From: a virus
Lineage: Duplodnaviria; Caudoviricetes
IMG/VR virus record: IMGVR_UViG_3300005805_000070
Location: 1-64,000 of that record
Strand: one strand, 5' to 3'
Length of the DNA: 64,000 bases
Shown: positions 30,914 to 41,300 of the stretch, one piece after another
Layout: each line of letters opens with the position of its first letter
Position numbering within the stretch: position 1 is the first letter of the stretch
Notes under the pieces: generated by a model
What the model was told of the DNA's origin: nothing
Databases searched by the model: none
Seen by the model: only the letters and a program-made list of their open reading frames with translations
Translations under genes and position numbers: made by a program

Positions 30914-33039
30914 TAGAAAAAATCGCCCAGAAGATCATCAATCAATTCTACAGGCATCGACTGCTGACTCTGCCGTGAGCAGGACAGTTTCTCAAGTGTC
31001 TTACACTCATCAATGTTCATAGAATGTTGAATGTCTACGACTGCTTGATTGATTCGATAAGAAAAAGATTTTGCATCAATAACTTCATCAAAAACCAATT
31101 CCTCAATGATCTTTTCCGTATCAAGAGTGTTATAAATGTAGTGATCTGTATTAATCAGACTATGAACACTATTAGGAATAACCCCACTCTTAATGCAGTG
31201 GTAAATCGTAAGAGGAACTCTCTCTAGAATTGCACGAATCGTCTCTTTTTTAGTAAGAACAAGTGAATTATCTTGTTTTTCGGAGGATTCACCATCGCGT
31301 TGAATGTTTCCTTTACCATTAGCACCATTGTCGTTCACCACTCTCTTACTACCATTGTTCTTTTCTTTTGAACGAAGGGAGAAATTGAATTGATAATTTG
31401 CAAGTTTTTCCATATCCATGCTGTTCACGATGTTAGAAATCAGGGATATGGTGTTAGTGGCATCAGAAGCAAGAATTGAAGCGATCTGATCTTGAGACAT
31501 AATCTCAAAACCATTTGCCCACTCAACAATCGAAACAAAATCGAGCATAATGTACTCTGAAATCATTGGATTGTTTTCACACGCAGCAATATAAATCTCA
31601 CGGAGAGTTTTAAGACAACGTTGTGGACAAAAATCAATCACATCCCAATCACGATCAGAGGATCCACCACGGAAAGCAAATTGAGTCCAAAAATTAATCG
31701 ACTCACCTTCACTAGCATTGATAACAGTATCAATTTCAGGAATGGTAACGCCAAGAACATTAGCAGAAACAGTCAGAATAATAGTGTATTCATTCTCTGC
31801 AATGTGCTTTTTAATCGTGTCAGCATCTTCTTTTGTGTCTCCAGTTACAACTAAAGGAGCAAACTTAGTCTTCTCCAAATACTTAACAGAAGCATGGCAA
31901 GATGCAACAGAAGGAAGTGTCATAAAGATATGAAACTTACCATTCAAAAGTCGATCTTTTGGTTTTAGGTGCTTTTGATCTCCAAAGGTTTCGGAGTAGA
32001 AGTCCTGCACCAGAGAAGGTTCGACAAAATCAGTCTCATCCTTTCTAATGGAAAAAAGATTCTTCATCGCATCAGGATCATCTCCAAACAACTTCTTGTA
32101 TGCATCCGACTCATACTTTCGAAGAATAACTCTCATCGCAGGGGCATTATTCAAACCCAGTTTCTTATTCAGTTGCTCTTCAAAATAAGAGTAGGTATAA
32201 GAATTAGACTCGGAGAAGTCCCAAACCATAGAAAAAGCAGTACCAGTTACATACAGAACCTGACAATCAAACTTCTTACGGAGTTTCTTAAATTGAGTTG
32301 AATTGTAACCCTGGTGTGCTTCATCATAGACGATCAGATCTACATCACATGGAATCTTGCTCCAGCGATTGTTACCCTGAATCGTGGTCCACAAAACCAG
32401 TTGTTTGTCAGTATTATACCAATATTCAATCTGCTCCAGATAGTCTTTATCTGCGAGATTGATGAATACAATATTGTTGAAATCTGAAAAGTTTTTACTA
32501 TCTGCTCTCCAGGATTGAATTGGAGAAGTGTAACGAGAAACAATCAAACTTACCTTAATACCTTTACGTGCAATTGCTGACAAAACCATGATGGACTTAC
32601 CAGCACGGCACTTAGCAAACAGAAGAAATTCTTTCCACTCTTCCCAAGTAGATAGGACCTTATTAATAAATTCTTGTTGATGCTTTTTGAGAGTCAGATT
32701 CTTTTTCTTCGGAGAATTCTTAGAGAAAAAAGTTTCTTGAATGAATTGAGTGACCTTTTCATGAGTCATCCCAAAACCAGTAATCTCAAAAGATTCTGTA
32801 CCAACCTGCTTGATTCCAGGAAGTTTTGCAACCTCTTTATGAATCTGCTTATCACGACCGTCAAAACCTTCCCAGAAAGCAAACTCCTTATAAATGATGC
32901 CCGCATCACGTGCTTTGTTGTAATCAGCACCACGACGAGGAATACCATACTCCTCAATCATCAAAGGACCATCAGTCTGACCAATACCAAACCAATTAGG
33001 ATTGTTATTATGACCGACGTGATAAATGTTCGTTGCCAT
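30913..33039 (-). CDS. restriction-like nuclease-helicase: putative GIY-YIG/T5orf172-like N-terminus plus SF2 helicase
   Basis: IY...IGQT...R...D..IH...ESF; AKCRAGKS, YDEAH, VTGTA and QFAFRG. Confidence 0.75.
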   Translation of the reverse strand: MATNIYHVGHNNNPNWFGIGQTDGPLMIEEYGIPRRGADYNKARDAGIIYKEFAFWEGFDGRDKQIHKEVAKLPGIKQVGTESFEITGFGMTHEKVTQFIQETFFSKNSPKKKNLTLKKHQQEFINKVLSTWEEWKEFLLFAKCRAGKSIMVLSAIARKGIKVSLIVSRYTSPIQSWRADSKNFSDFNNIVFINLADKDYLEQIEYWYNTDKQLVLWTTIQGNNRWSKIPCDVDLIVYDEAHQGYNSTQFKKLRKKFDCQVLYVTGTAFSMVWDFSESNSYTYSYFEEQLNKKLGLNNAPAMRVILRKYESDAYKKLFGDDPDAMKNLFSIRKDETDFVEPSLVQDFYSETFGDQKHLKPKDRLLNGKFHIFMTLPSVASCHASVKYLEKTKFAPLVVTGDTKEDADTIKKHIAENEYTIILTVSANVLGVTIPEIDTVINASEGESINFWTQFAFRGGSSDRDWDVIDFCPQRCLKTLREIYIAACENNPMISEYIMLDFVSIVEWANGFEIMSQDQIASILASDATNTISLISNIVNSMDMEKLANYQFNFSLRSKEKNNGSKRVVNDNGANGKGNIQRDGESSEKQDNSLVLTKKETIRAILERVPLTIYHCIKSGVIPNSVHSLINTDHYIYNTLDTEKIIEELVFDEVIDAKSFSYRINQAVVDIQHSMNIDECKTLEKLSCSRQSQQSMPVELIDDLLGDFF

Positions 33040-33071
33040 TGGGAGTCTTCTAGGAACTCTGAATAAGGGTT

Positions 33072-33127
33072 ATTATAGCAGAAAAGGAACCCTTGTGAGG
33101 TTCCTTATCCACTTTATAAACTGTCAC
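33072..33127 (-). promoter_or_regulatory. early promoter with dyad (33106-33127) and terminator hairpin, driving the R-M-like cluster
   Basis: TATAAT 33072-33077 and AAGGAACC/GGGTTCCTT; a second TTGACA-N18-TAAAAT at 33156-33185. Confidence 0.7.
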
Positions 33128-33188
33128 AGCCCTTGTTTCCAACGACCACAAAGGTATTTTAGCGATAATTATGGGGTCTTGTCAAGTA

Positions 33189-35258
33189 TTAGAATAGGAG
33201 CAATGAAGTTGCTCCAACACCAGCAACTGTAAATACAATTCTTGCAGGTGATGTTGCATATGAAATTTGAATACCATCAGAACCACTTGAATTGAATCCA
33301 CCAGTTGCTGTCAATACAGCAGTGTTTGCATTGTATGCAAGGTTGCCATTATCAATTAATGGTTGTTGAGCACCAGTTGCGTTATTTGGTGCCAACATTG
33401 GATATGTTGTTGTATCTGTTGATGTAGTTGCACTGATGTTTACGTTAGTTGCAATACCAGCAGTCGCAGCATATCCAATATTTGTTAGATCTCTCCAAAT
33501 AGATCCATTATGAATTTGGTGAGAGTTTGTTGTACTGTTAAATATAAGTGCTCCAGGATTCAAACTCAAACTATTTCTTTGAGCTCCTGTTACTGTTGGT
33601 GGGATTAAATATCTACCAGTGTCATCAACACCTCTTCCTGCAGAAGAGAAGTCTGCATAAGATAGTGGGGTCGTAGATCCAACACCAACACCACCAAGTA
33701 AACAGAATACTTGATTTGCATCAAAACCAGATCCAAATGAAAGTTCAGTTGTTCCAATACCAACTCCACCCTCACTGATGAAAACTGAGTTAACGATGCC
33801 TGGTTGACCAACTTGAATTGGATAGATTGGATTATTATTTCTAATACCAATTTTATCAGTAACAGTAACTTTTCCTTCAACTTGAAGGTCATTCACCGTT
33901 GAAATTCCAGTCAGAACATAAACGTTTTTTCCAGAAATATCAATATCGTTCGCCCCAGTAACTGATAAACCACCAAGTACTGTTAATGATTGTTTAACGG
34001 TTAAATTTTGGTCAATAAAAGTATTACCAGTAATTGATGTTACGCCAACAACTTTTAATTTTTCTGGTGCATTACTTACTCCAATACCAAGATTTCCTGT
34101 ATAGGAAAGTGTCATTAATGGTGTAAGAGGATCTTTACCCCAGAGCCAATTGAATCCGCCAGTTGCTACTCCAGTTGTTGATCCAAAGTGCAAATAACTA
34201 TTGATATTTCCTCGATCATAGTTTATAATATCAAAAGAATTTGTATTACTATATGGATAAATGATGCTAGAATTACCAAATTTAAGTCCAGCGGTATTTG
34301 CCAATTGGTTTACACTTCTACCCAATGTAAAAGTAGATTCCGTAGTTCCAGTAAGTTGAATCGATGAAATTCCTGTCTTTGTGATATGAATATCACTTTG
34401 AGGACTTAATGTGTTAAATCCGATTCTTCCAGTAATATTCGCTCTTGTTGGTACAGTAAGAATACCCGCATTAATAACATTAGCAGTAAAACTATTAATT
34501 CCAAGATTAGTAGTTGCTGGAAGTGTAATTGCAGTTGATGCAATACCAATAACATTACCAGTAACGTTACCAGTTAAATTACCACTAAATCCAGAAAGTG
34601 CAGTTATTACACCAACAACTTCGAAAGAATCTGGAATTTTTGCTGGAGGAATAACTGGTAATCTATCAGAACTGATTGTTCCTGTTGCAATATTTGCTGC
34701 TGCAATATTTGTTACATTTGCACCATTTCCAGAGAAAAATCCAGCAGTTATAATTCCAGTAGCAACAATACCACCTGCGGAATTAATTCCTACCCCATTT
34801 TGGAAGAATACAGTACTGTTATTACCACCAATTTGAAGAACAAATCTTGGATCATTAGTTGCAATACCAACAAATCCTTGGGCATATATGCTAGTAAATC
34901 CAAGACCTACATCAACATCTAACCATTGAGATGTTGGTAGGTTTAAAAGTCTTCCACCATCTCCAAAATAAGTAATTACTCCTGATGTTGAAGTTGCGGT
35001 TACGATTCCACTAGATGTAACTGATAAAATTCCAATGGAAGCAGATCTTACCGTGGCAAATCCAGTTGCGATTAGATCATTAGTATAATATTGAGATGCA
35101 GTGATAACACCGACAACCTTAACTGTACCCCTAACGTCCAGTGCTTCTGTTGGAACAGTCGTGCCAATTCCAACCAGACCTAACGGGTTTACAATTAGAT
35201 TATCGTCATCAACTTGAACACCATTACGAAAATTAAAGGTCTTTCTGATATTTGCCAT
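33189..35258 (-). CDS. tail fibre / virion structural protein
   Basis: Repeated GIGT/VGV beta motifs, G/T/S-rich; ATAAATA late promoter at 35278-35284. Confidence 0.75.
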   Translation of the reverse strand: MANIRKTFNFRNGVQVDDDNLIVNPLGLVGIGTTVPTEALDVRGTVKVVGVITASQYYTNDLIATGFATVRSASIGILSVTSSGIVTATSTSGVITYFGDGGRLLNLPTSQWLDVDVGLGFTSIYAQGFVGIATNDPRFVLQIGGNNSTVFFQNGVGINSAGGIVATGIITAGFFSGNGANVTNIAAANIATGTISSDRLPVIPPAKIPDSFEVVGVITALSGFSGNLTGNVTGNVIGIASTAITLPATTNLGINSFTANVINAGILTVPTRANITGRIGFNTLSPQSDIHITKTGISSIQLTGTTESTFTLGRSVNQLANTAGLKFGNSSIIYPYSNTNSFDIINYDRGNINSYLHFGSTTGVATGGFNWLWGKDPLTPLMTLSYTGNLGIGVSNAPEKLKVVGVTSITGNTFIDQNLTVKQSLTVLGGLSVTGANDIDISGKNVYVLTGISTVNDLQVEGKVTVTDKIGIRNNNPIYPIQVGQPGIVNSVFISEGGVGIGTTELSFGSGFDANQVFCLLGGVGVGSTTPLSYADFSSAGRGVDDTGRYLIPPTVTGAQRNSLSLNPGALIFNSTTNSHQIHNGSIWRDLTNIGYAATAGIATNVNISATTSTDTTTYPMLAPNNATGAQQPLIDNGNLAYNANTAVLTATGGFNSSGSDGIQISYATSPARIVFTVAGVGATSLLLF

Positions 35259-35285
35259 CGTATATGGGATTTTTAGTTATTTATC

Positions 35286-35774
35286 CTATTTTTGTATCTG
35301 AACTTCTGAATTCTTTTTAACATCAATCATTAAAAACTCCATAGGTTGATCAGATAGATTTCCACCATCATGAATATGGTCCATTACTGGGAATACTTGA
35401 GAAACTCCTTCTTCCCAATAAATTTTTTCACCCTGCCAAGTCATATAACATTTTTCTCTATCTGGAATTATTAATGGTATTTGAATTCTCTTATATGGTT
35501 CTCTATAAACATTAGGATCACGATGTGGTTTTAATATCGTTCCCTCAGAAAAAACTGAATAAGTTGCATACAAAATATCCTCATTTTCAAATATATGATA
35601 AACCATATCAGTCATTAATTTTTTACGGATGTTGACAGTTTTGCCAACACCCTTTAACCAGGAAATAAAGATATCTTTATTAGTATACCCTTCCGTTGTT
35701 GGTGCTTTTTTTAGAGGAAATTCAGTTTGTTTTGCCCAATTATAAAGAATATTTAAATCTTTTTCCGTAATCAT
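35286..35774 (-). CDS. aspartyl/asparaginyl beta-hydroxylase-like 2OG oxygenase
   Basis: LKPHRDP, RIQIPL and HDGGNLS. Confidence 0.8.
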   Translation of the reverse strand: MITEKDLNILYNWAKQTEFPLKKAPTTEGYTNKDIFISWLKGVGKTVNIRKKLMTDMVYHIFENEDILYATYSVFSEGTILKPHRDPNVYREPYKRIQIPLIIPDREKCYMTWQGEKIYWEEGVSQVFPVMDHIHDGGNLSDQPMEFLMIDVKKNSEVQIQK

Positions 35775-36301
35775 TACCAGTGTCCTACTTGACTGAATAA
35801 AATTAGAGTATCATTCTCATTTAAAATTAATTTATAATCTTGTTCTGGGTGAACGTGAGAATAATCATATCTTTTAAATCTTTTCATATTTACAATTGGA
35901 TTTCCATTTAAACAAACTAGATATGATTTTAAATACATCACTTCCAATTTACTTTCATTTTTATCTATTACTCTAGCTTCCCATTTGATCCTTTTATCTG
36001 AAGTATTAAATCCTACAATATAAAAGTCTTCCGTTGCCTCAAATAGAACCTTATCATTAACATATTTTTGCACATCTACAACTTCATTTTTTGAAGAATC
36101 TAGAATTATTGGATCTTCTTTATCAAATACTCTACCAAAAATTCCAGATCCATAAATGCCATAATAAAAAATAGTATATCTTTCATTAGGATGTTCTGCT
36201 AAAACATATCCCTTTTCTCCCATATTTACACACAGATTAAAATCATCACACTGGCGAAAAAATCTTTTACACTTTGGGTCTTTTAGTTCGTACATAATCA
36301 T
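35774..36301 (-). CDS. hypothetical protein
   Basis: ORF track. Confidence 0.75.
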   Translation of the reverse strand: MIMYELKDPKCKRFFRQCDDFNLCVNMGEKGYVLAEHPNERYTIFYYGIYGSGIFGRVFDKEDPIILDSSKNEVVDVQKYVNDKVLFEATEDFYIVGFNTSDKRIKWEARVIDKNESKLEVMYLKSYLVCLNGNPIVNMKRFKRYDYSHVHPEQDYKLILNENDTLILFSQVGHW

Positions 36302-36630
36302 AAACTTATCTGATTAAGGGGGAAAGATTCAGTATATTCATTTTCAACTACAATATCGACAAGATCATCAAGTTCAATTGTATCGATGGGTTTTTGTTGA
36401 ATATTACTTTCTAATACGGGTTCTTTCTCAAATTGTTGGTCTACAATACCAACTCCACAATCTGATATACTGTTTACCAAACTTTGATAATTTGAAAAAT
36501 CTAAATTTCTATAACTTATGGCATAAGAATCATACTCATCAATGGGTTTTGGTGCATTTTTTCTACAATACTTGATTAATATTTGTTGGTTTTCTGGTAA
36601 ATTTTTTATAATTTTAAAAATAATTTTCAT
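36298..36630 (-). CDS. hypothetical protein
   Basis: ORF track. Confidence 0.7.
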   Translation of the reverse strand: MKIIFKIIKNLPENQQILIKYCRKNAPKPIDEYDSYAISYRNLDFSNYQSLVNSISDCGVGIVDQQFEKEPVLESNIQQKPIDTIELDDLVDIVVENEYTESFPLNQISL

Positions 36631-36635
36631 AAAAG

Positions 36636-37607
36636 TTACTGCGGATCTTGATTGACTGTTCCTCCATAAACAGTTCCATTGTTTGTGTAGGAGACAAAAG
36701 ATCCAGAAGCAGAAATAACAAAGGCTCTTCCTCCTCCGCCTCCTCCACCACCAGGATTTCCACTTTGTCCACCATTACCATTTGATCCCCCAGGACCACC
36801 AGGACCAGCTTCGGTTCCTCCTCCGCCTCCTCCACCACCATTGGTGAATCCACCAGGAGAACCATCTGAACCTGCGCTACCTCTTCCAGTTACACCGCTA
36901 TTTGTGCTATTTCCACCAGTTCCAAATGGATATCCAGAACCTCCACCTCCTCCACCACCAGTGGAATACGAATAAACACTAGATTTTTTACCAGTTTGTA
37001 CATTTCTACCACGTGCATCACCGCCGCCGCCACCGCCGCCGCCAGCCTGTATATAACCAAGATTTCTAAAGATTAGTGGATATTCAATGCCAATTGCACT
37101 TGTTCCATTAGAACCTCCACCACCATTTGCATTTCCCCCATTACCACCAGCACCAAAAATTTGTCCACTTGGACCGACTTCCAATCTTAAATCTGTATTT
37201 GCATCCCAATTTCCAGTTCTTAATGCAACGTTATTGATATTTCCCTTTGCCGATCCTAATCTTGTATTAACATTAATAAAAACTTTTATATTACTAGAGT
37301 TTGTTGGTCTTCCCCTAAAATTACCGACAACAACTACATTTTGATTATCGTATCTGTTTCTAGCATTTACTCTTGTCGATAAATCTGCAATACTGAAAAA
37401 ATCGACAACAACATTGAGACTTTTGCTATAAAAATCACTAAACCTTATAGTTCCAGATTGTGGAATTCCAGCATCTAGAGGTAAATTGGGTAGAGATCCT
37501 ACAGTTTGACTAACTCTAAACGCACCTAAGTTTTTATTAGGCGGAAGACCAAATTCTGCAGTTATATCCGAAAAAGAAATTGGATTTCCCGATGCTTGAA
37601 GTGCCAT
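36636..37607 (-). CDS. glycine-rich tail-fibre-tip-like structural protein
   Basis: MALQASGNPISFSDI N-terminus and poly-Gly loops; ATAAATA at 37627-37633. Confidence 0.75.
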   Translation of the reverse strand: MALQASGNPISFSDITAEFGLPPNKNLGAFRVSQTVGSLPNLPLDAGIPQSGTIRFSDFYSKSLNVVVDFFSIADLSTRVNARNRYDNQNVVVVGNFRGRPTNSSNIKVFINVNTRLGSAKGNINNVALRTGNWDANTDLRLEVGPSGQIFGAGGNGGNANGGGGSNGTSAIGIEYPLIFRNLGYIQAGGGGGGGGDARGRNVQTGKKSSVYSYSTGGGGGGGSGYPFGTGGNSTNSGVTGRGSAGSDGSPGGFTNGGGGGGGGTEAGPGGPGGSNGNGGQSGNPGGGGGGGGRAFVISASGSFVSYTNNGTVYGGTVNQDPQ

Positions 37608-37638
37608 TTATAACTTCTTTTATTTTTATTTATTTGTA

Positions 37639-38361
37639 TTAAACAAATTTTTTCCAATATTTCTCGTTTATGTATCCGTAAGAATATGAAAGATATTCCT
37701 CTTTTAATACTAAAGTAATATCTCCAACTATTGCCAACCTTTCTCCTTTAAAATATTCGCACGCAGATTTTGTACAGTGTGGTATTTTACTTGGGAATAA
37801 AACTAAATTTCCTTCAAACGGAGTTAAACCGAAAATTTCTGCATTTGTTTGGGTAAATTCTTCAACAATATTGTATTCCTCACCAGATGGATCATCAAAA
37901 AATAAAGATTTAAAAAATGCATTTGGGGAATTTTCGTTTGAAAATTCTAAAATATGAGAGTTTTCTGGAATATTCAGATAATAAACGAATGATATGTGAC
38001 TAGTTGAGTGAATATGCCAAGGAATCTCATGATCTGATTCTCTAGATCTAGATATCCAACTTTTAGTAAATACAATATCAAAAACGTCCTTTAACCTAAG
38101 AACTTCTTGGCAATAAGATTTTGCGTGTCTAGAAATCTCAGCAAATAGAGGTGCTAAACTATCTTCTAAATGAATTAAAGGATTACCCTCATTCTCACTA
38201 ATCGTATTAATAGTTTTAATATTTCCTTGCTTATTTAATTTTACTTGAGGGTAATCAAACTTAGTATATACCTTATAAAATTCTTCTTTGTGCCGATCAT
38301 GATCTTCCATCTTCCCAACATAAATGGTAGTTGGGAAGATGTTTACTGTTTCAAACTTCAT
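37639..38361 (-). CDS. putative 2OG-Fe(II) oxygenase
   Basis: PWHIHS, LFPSKIPH and RLAIVGD. Confidence 0.8.
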   Translation of the reverse strand: MKFETVNIFPTTIYVGKMEDHDRHKEEFYKVYTKFDYPQVKLNKQGNIKTINTISENEGNPLIHLEDSLAPLFAEISRHAKSYCQEVLRLKDVFDIVFTKSWISRSRESDHEIPWHIHSTSHISFVYYLNIPENSHILEFSNENSPNAFFKSLFFDDPSGEEYNIVEEFTQTNAEIFGLTPFEGNLVLFPSKIPHCTKSACEYFKGERLAIVGDITLVLKEEYLSYSYGYINEKYWKKFV

Positions 38362-38379
38362 AACAATTACATAACTAAG

Positions 38380-41300
38380 TTATTTAGATCCCTTCAGTTC
38401 ATCAATTTCTGCTTTGAGTTCCTTAATTGCTTCAATAAGTAGAGGAACAAGTTTTTCATACTTAACAGTTAAGTAATCTCCATTTACAGGTGCAGGAGCA
38501 ACTGCTTCAGGAAGAACTGCTTGAACTTGTTGAGCAGAAACACCAACATGTCTATCTTTGGTATAGAATCCTAGGGATTCACCAAGTTCATTGAAGTTGT
38601 ATGTAAATCCACTAAGGCTTAGAACTTTGTTTAGAGCACCTTCAATTGGTTCGATATTAGTTTTTAATCTTTCATCAGAAGCAAATGCTGTGATGTCACC
38701 AGTTGATGTGATTTCACCAGTGATAGAAATGCCAGTATTTGTAGTTGCAAATTTCTGAGAATTATCAAAGAACAATTGAACAGAACTATTTTCATTGAAA
38801 ATAGCGTAATTTTCTGTTGCAAGAGGAGATGTAATTCTTACTGCACTTGATCCCTGTAGGTATAGATCTCCAGTTCCAGTGTCTTTGATAATACTATTAG
38901 AACCATCATGAACAATTTCTAAATCATCATTGTTCCCTAAGAACAGGCTATCATTATCTTCAAGTCTAACATCATTCTGGAAATAAGCATTTCCAACATA
39001 TGTTGAAACTCCAGTTACATTAAGATTTCCACCAATGTAAACATTCTTCTCAATACCAACTCCACCTTCAAATATAATAGATCCAGTATCTTTACTGTTT
39101 GATTGTAGAGTATTTGTGCAAGTTACAACACCAGTAATGTTGAGATTTCCACCAATGTAAACATTCTTCTCAATACCAGCACCACCATCTAAGATAAATG
39201 CTCCCGTATCTTTACTGTTAGACTGTGTGCCATCAGTAATTTCTACAGTATTGTTTACCTTTAAGGTATCATTCATAATAGTTGAATCATTAATCTTCAA
39301 CTCTTTATTGAATGTTACAGGACCATCAAATTGAGATAGAACAGTTCCTGAGTTACCACCTTCAACAAGAAGTCTTTCTTTGATGATAACCTCATCATAA
39401 ACGACACTCAAACGAGAAGGATCTTGTCCAGTTACAGTTGAAACGGGAATTGCAAACGTAACTTGTTGACCAGATGATGCAGAATACTTGGTGTTACCCA
39501 CGAAGAAATCACCATCACTATTCATACCAGTGTAGATAGCACTACCGCAAGAACTACTTTGTGCCTGTGCTAAGAAATCCTCTCTTTCGTTGAGTGTTCT
39601 ATTTTGGATCTGTGGTAAACCTGTAGAATAGTTACCAGGACCATAACCAAGATATTCAAATGTATGACCTGATGCGCGAAGGACAGAAGGTCTGCGAAGT
39701 TCAACTGGAAGAGGTCTAATCTTTTTAATTAATGAAGTCGCACCGTGATTTTCAATTAATGTTCCTAGAGATCCTCTGATTACAGTAATTTCATTATTAC
39801 CTGATCCAGATAAAGTACTGGATACAATTCTCATTATTTCATTATCGACTTGAATATATGAACCTAATTCAAATCTTCTTGTTGTTCCAATTCCAGAGTT
39901 AGGAACTCGAATTGGGAAACTTGTTTGGCTAGTAATATCTGATAGTAGTATTGCCGTTTCATTTTGATAGAATGAAACAGATCTTGATCCTAGATTCTCT
40001 CCAGATGAGTCTGCGGTTAGCTCATTTGAAGATAAAACATTTTTAAGAACAAATTTTACTGATCCAACATTTTTACCAGTTACAGAAGTAAATGTATTAA
40101 TTCCTACTTTTTCATCGACCAAGAAAGATCCAACATTATTATTATTTGAATCTAATACATCAAATCTATTACCAGAAACTAATCCATGAGCTGAAGCACA
40201 AACAAAGGTTGTTACCCCAGTTAATGTGTCATATGTGTTAGAATTTACAACGATTGATGGACCACCATTTATAATATATTGACCAACAACTGGGGATCCA
40301 TCACCAGCTGTTTTTGCAATTGATATTGTTGTTGATGATGGAACTGAAGTTATTCTATAATGATTACTTGCGGTTGTTCCAATACCAGTTAATTGAACAA
40401 CATTTCCAACTGAGGTAGAAATACCTGCAGTTGTAATAGTCATTCTACCACTTGGAGTTCCACCAATTTGTGTACTGTCAAAATATAGAGTTTCTCCAGT
40501 AGCATATGCTGATCCACCAGTAATTACGTCAGCTGATGTTACAGCACCTGAAGAATTAACTGTTACTCTTGCAGTGGCACCTTTCCAACTTGTTAAGATG
40601 CTATCACTATAGAGTTTAACATTCTGGTATGTTCCTTGTGAATGTCCACTTCCACCGATCAGTGAAGTATAAGTCACAACTCCAGATAAACCGTGCTCTC
40701 TGCTAAAAGTAAGAGTTGCTGAAGTACCACTATCTGATACACCAGATACAATGGGAACAATTCCAAAATAAGTATGAATTTTATCAGCAGTTTCTCTGGT
40801 AATACTCTTCTTAAGATCACTGGTAACTACATCACCAAGAGGAGCTCTTTTTGCAAAGGATGCTGCAGCAGGTGGATTATCATCAATATTGTCATTATCC
40901 AATTGTGGATATAGATCAACGATACTTTGACTAAATTTTAGATCTGTAAATTCTTCTGGTACTGCATTAGAAGAGTTTACAACATACAGGTAGTATACAC
41001 CATCTTGTACACTGTAAATATATGGTGTAATAGTTTCATTACGATAAATGTAGAAATTACCTTTATGATCTTTTCTTTCAAATCTAGGTAAAGTAGTACT
41101 CCTGTTTGTTACATTATTTGTAAATACTCCAGGAACATGTAAAACATCAAAAATATCTGTTGAAGAATGTGTAAATGTTTTATCGTTGGTTATTGATAGA
41201 ACTTTAAATGTTCCATTATAACCTTTATTTAATGTTGCGGGAGTATTTGTTGTACTAGATACATTCTTAATTGCAATAATATCATTAACTTTGAGATTAT

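Noticed and set aside
39024-39180. About 36-nt exact direct repeat in the S74 fibre gene, considered as a DGR TR/VR pair
   Set aside because: In-frame internal protein repeat; no adenine-specific mismatches and no reverse transcriptase in the window
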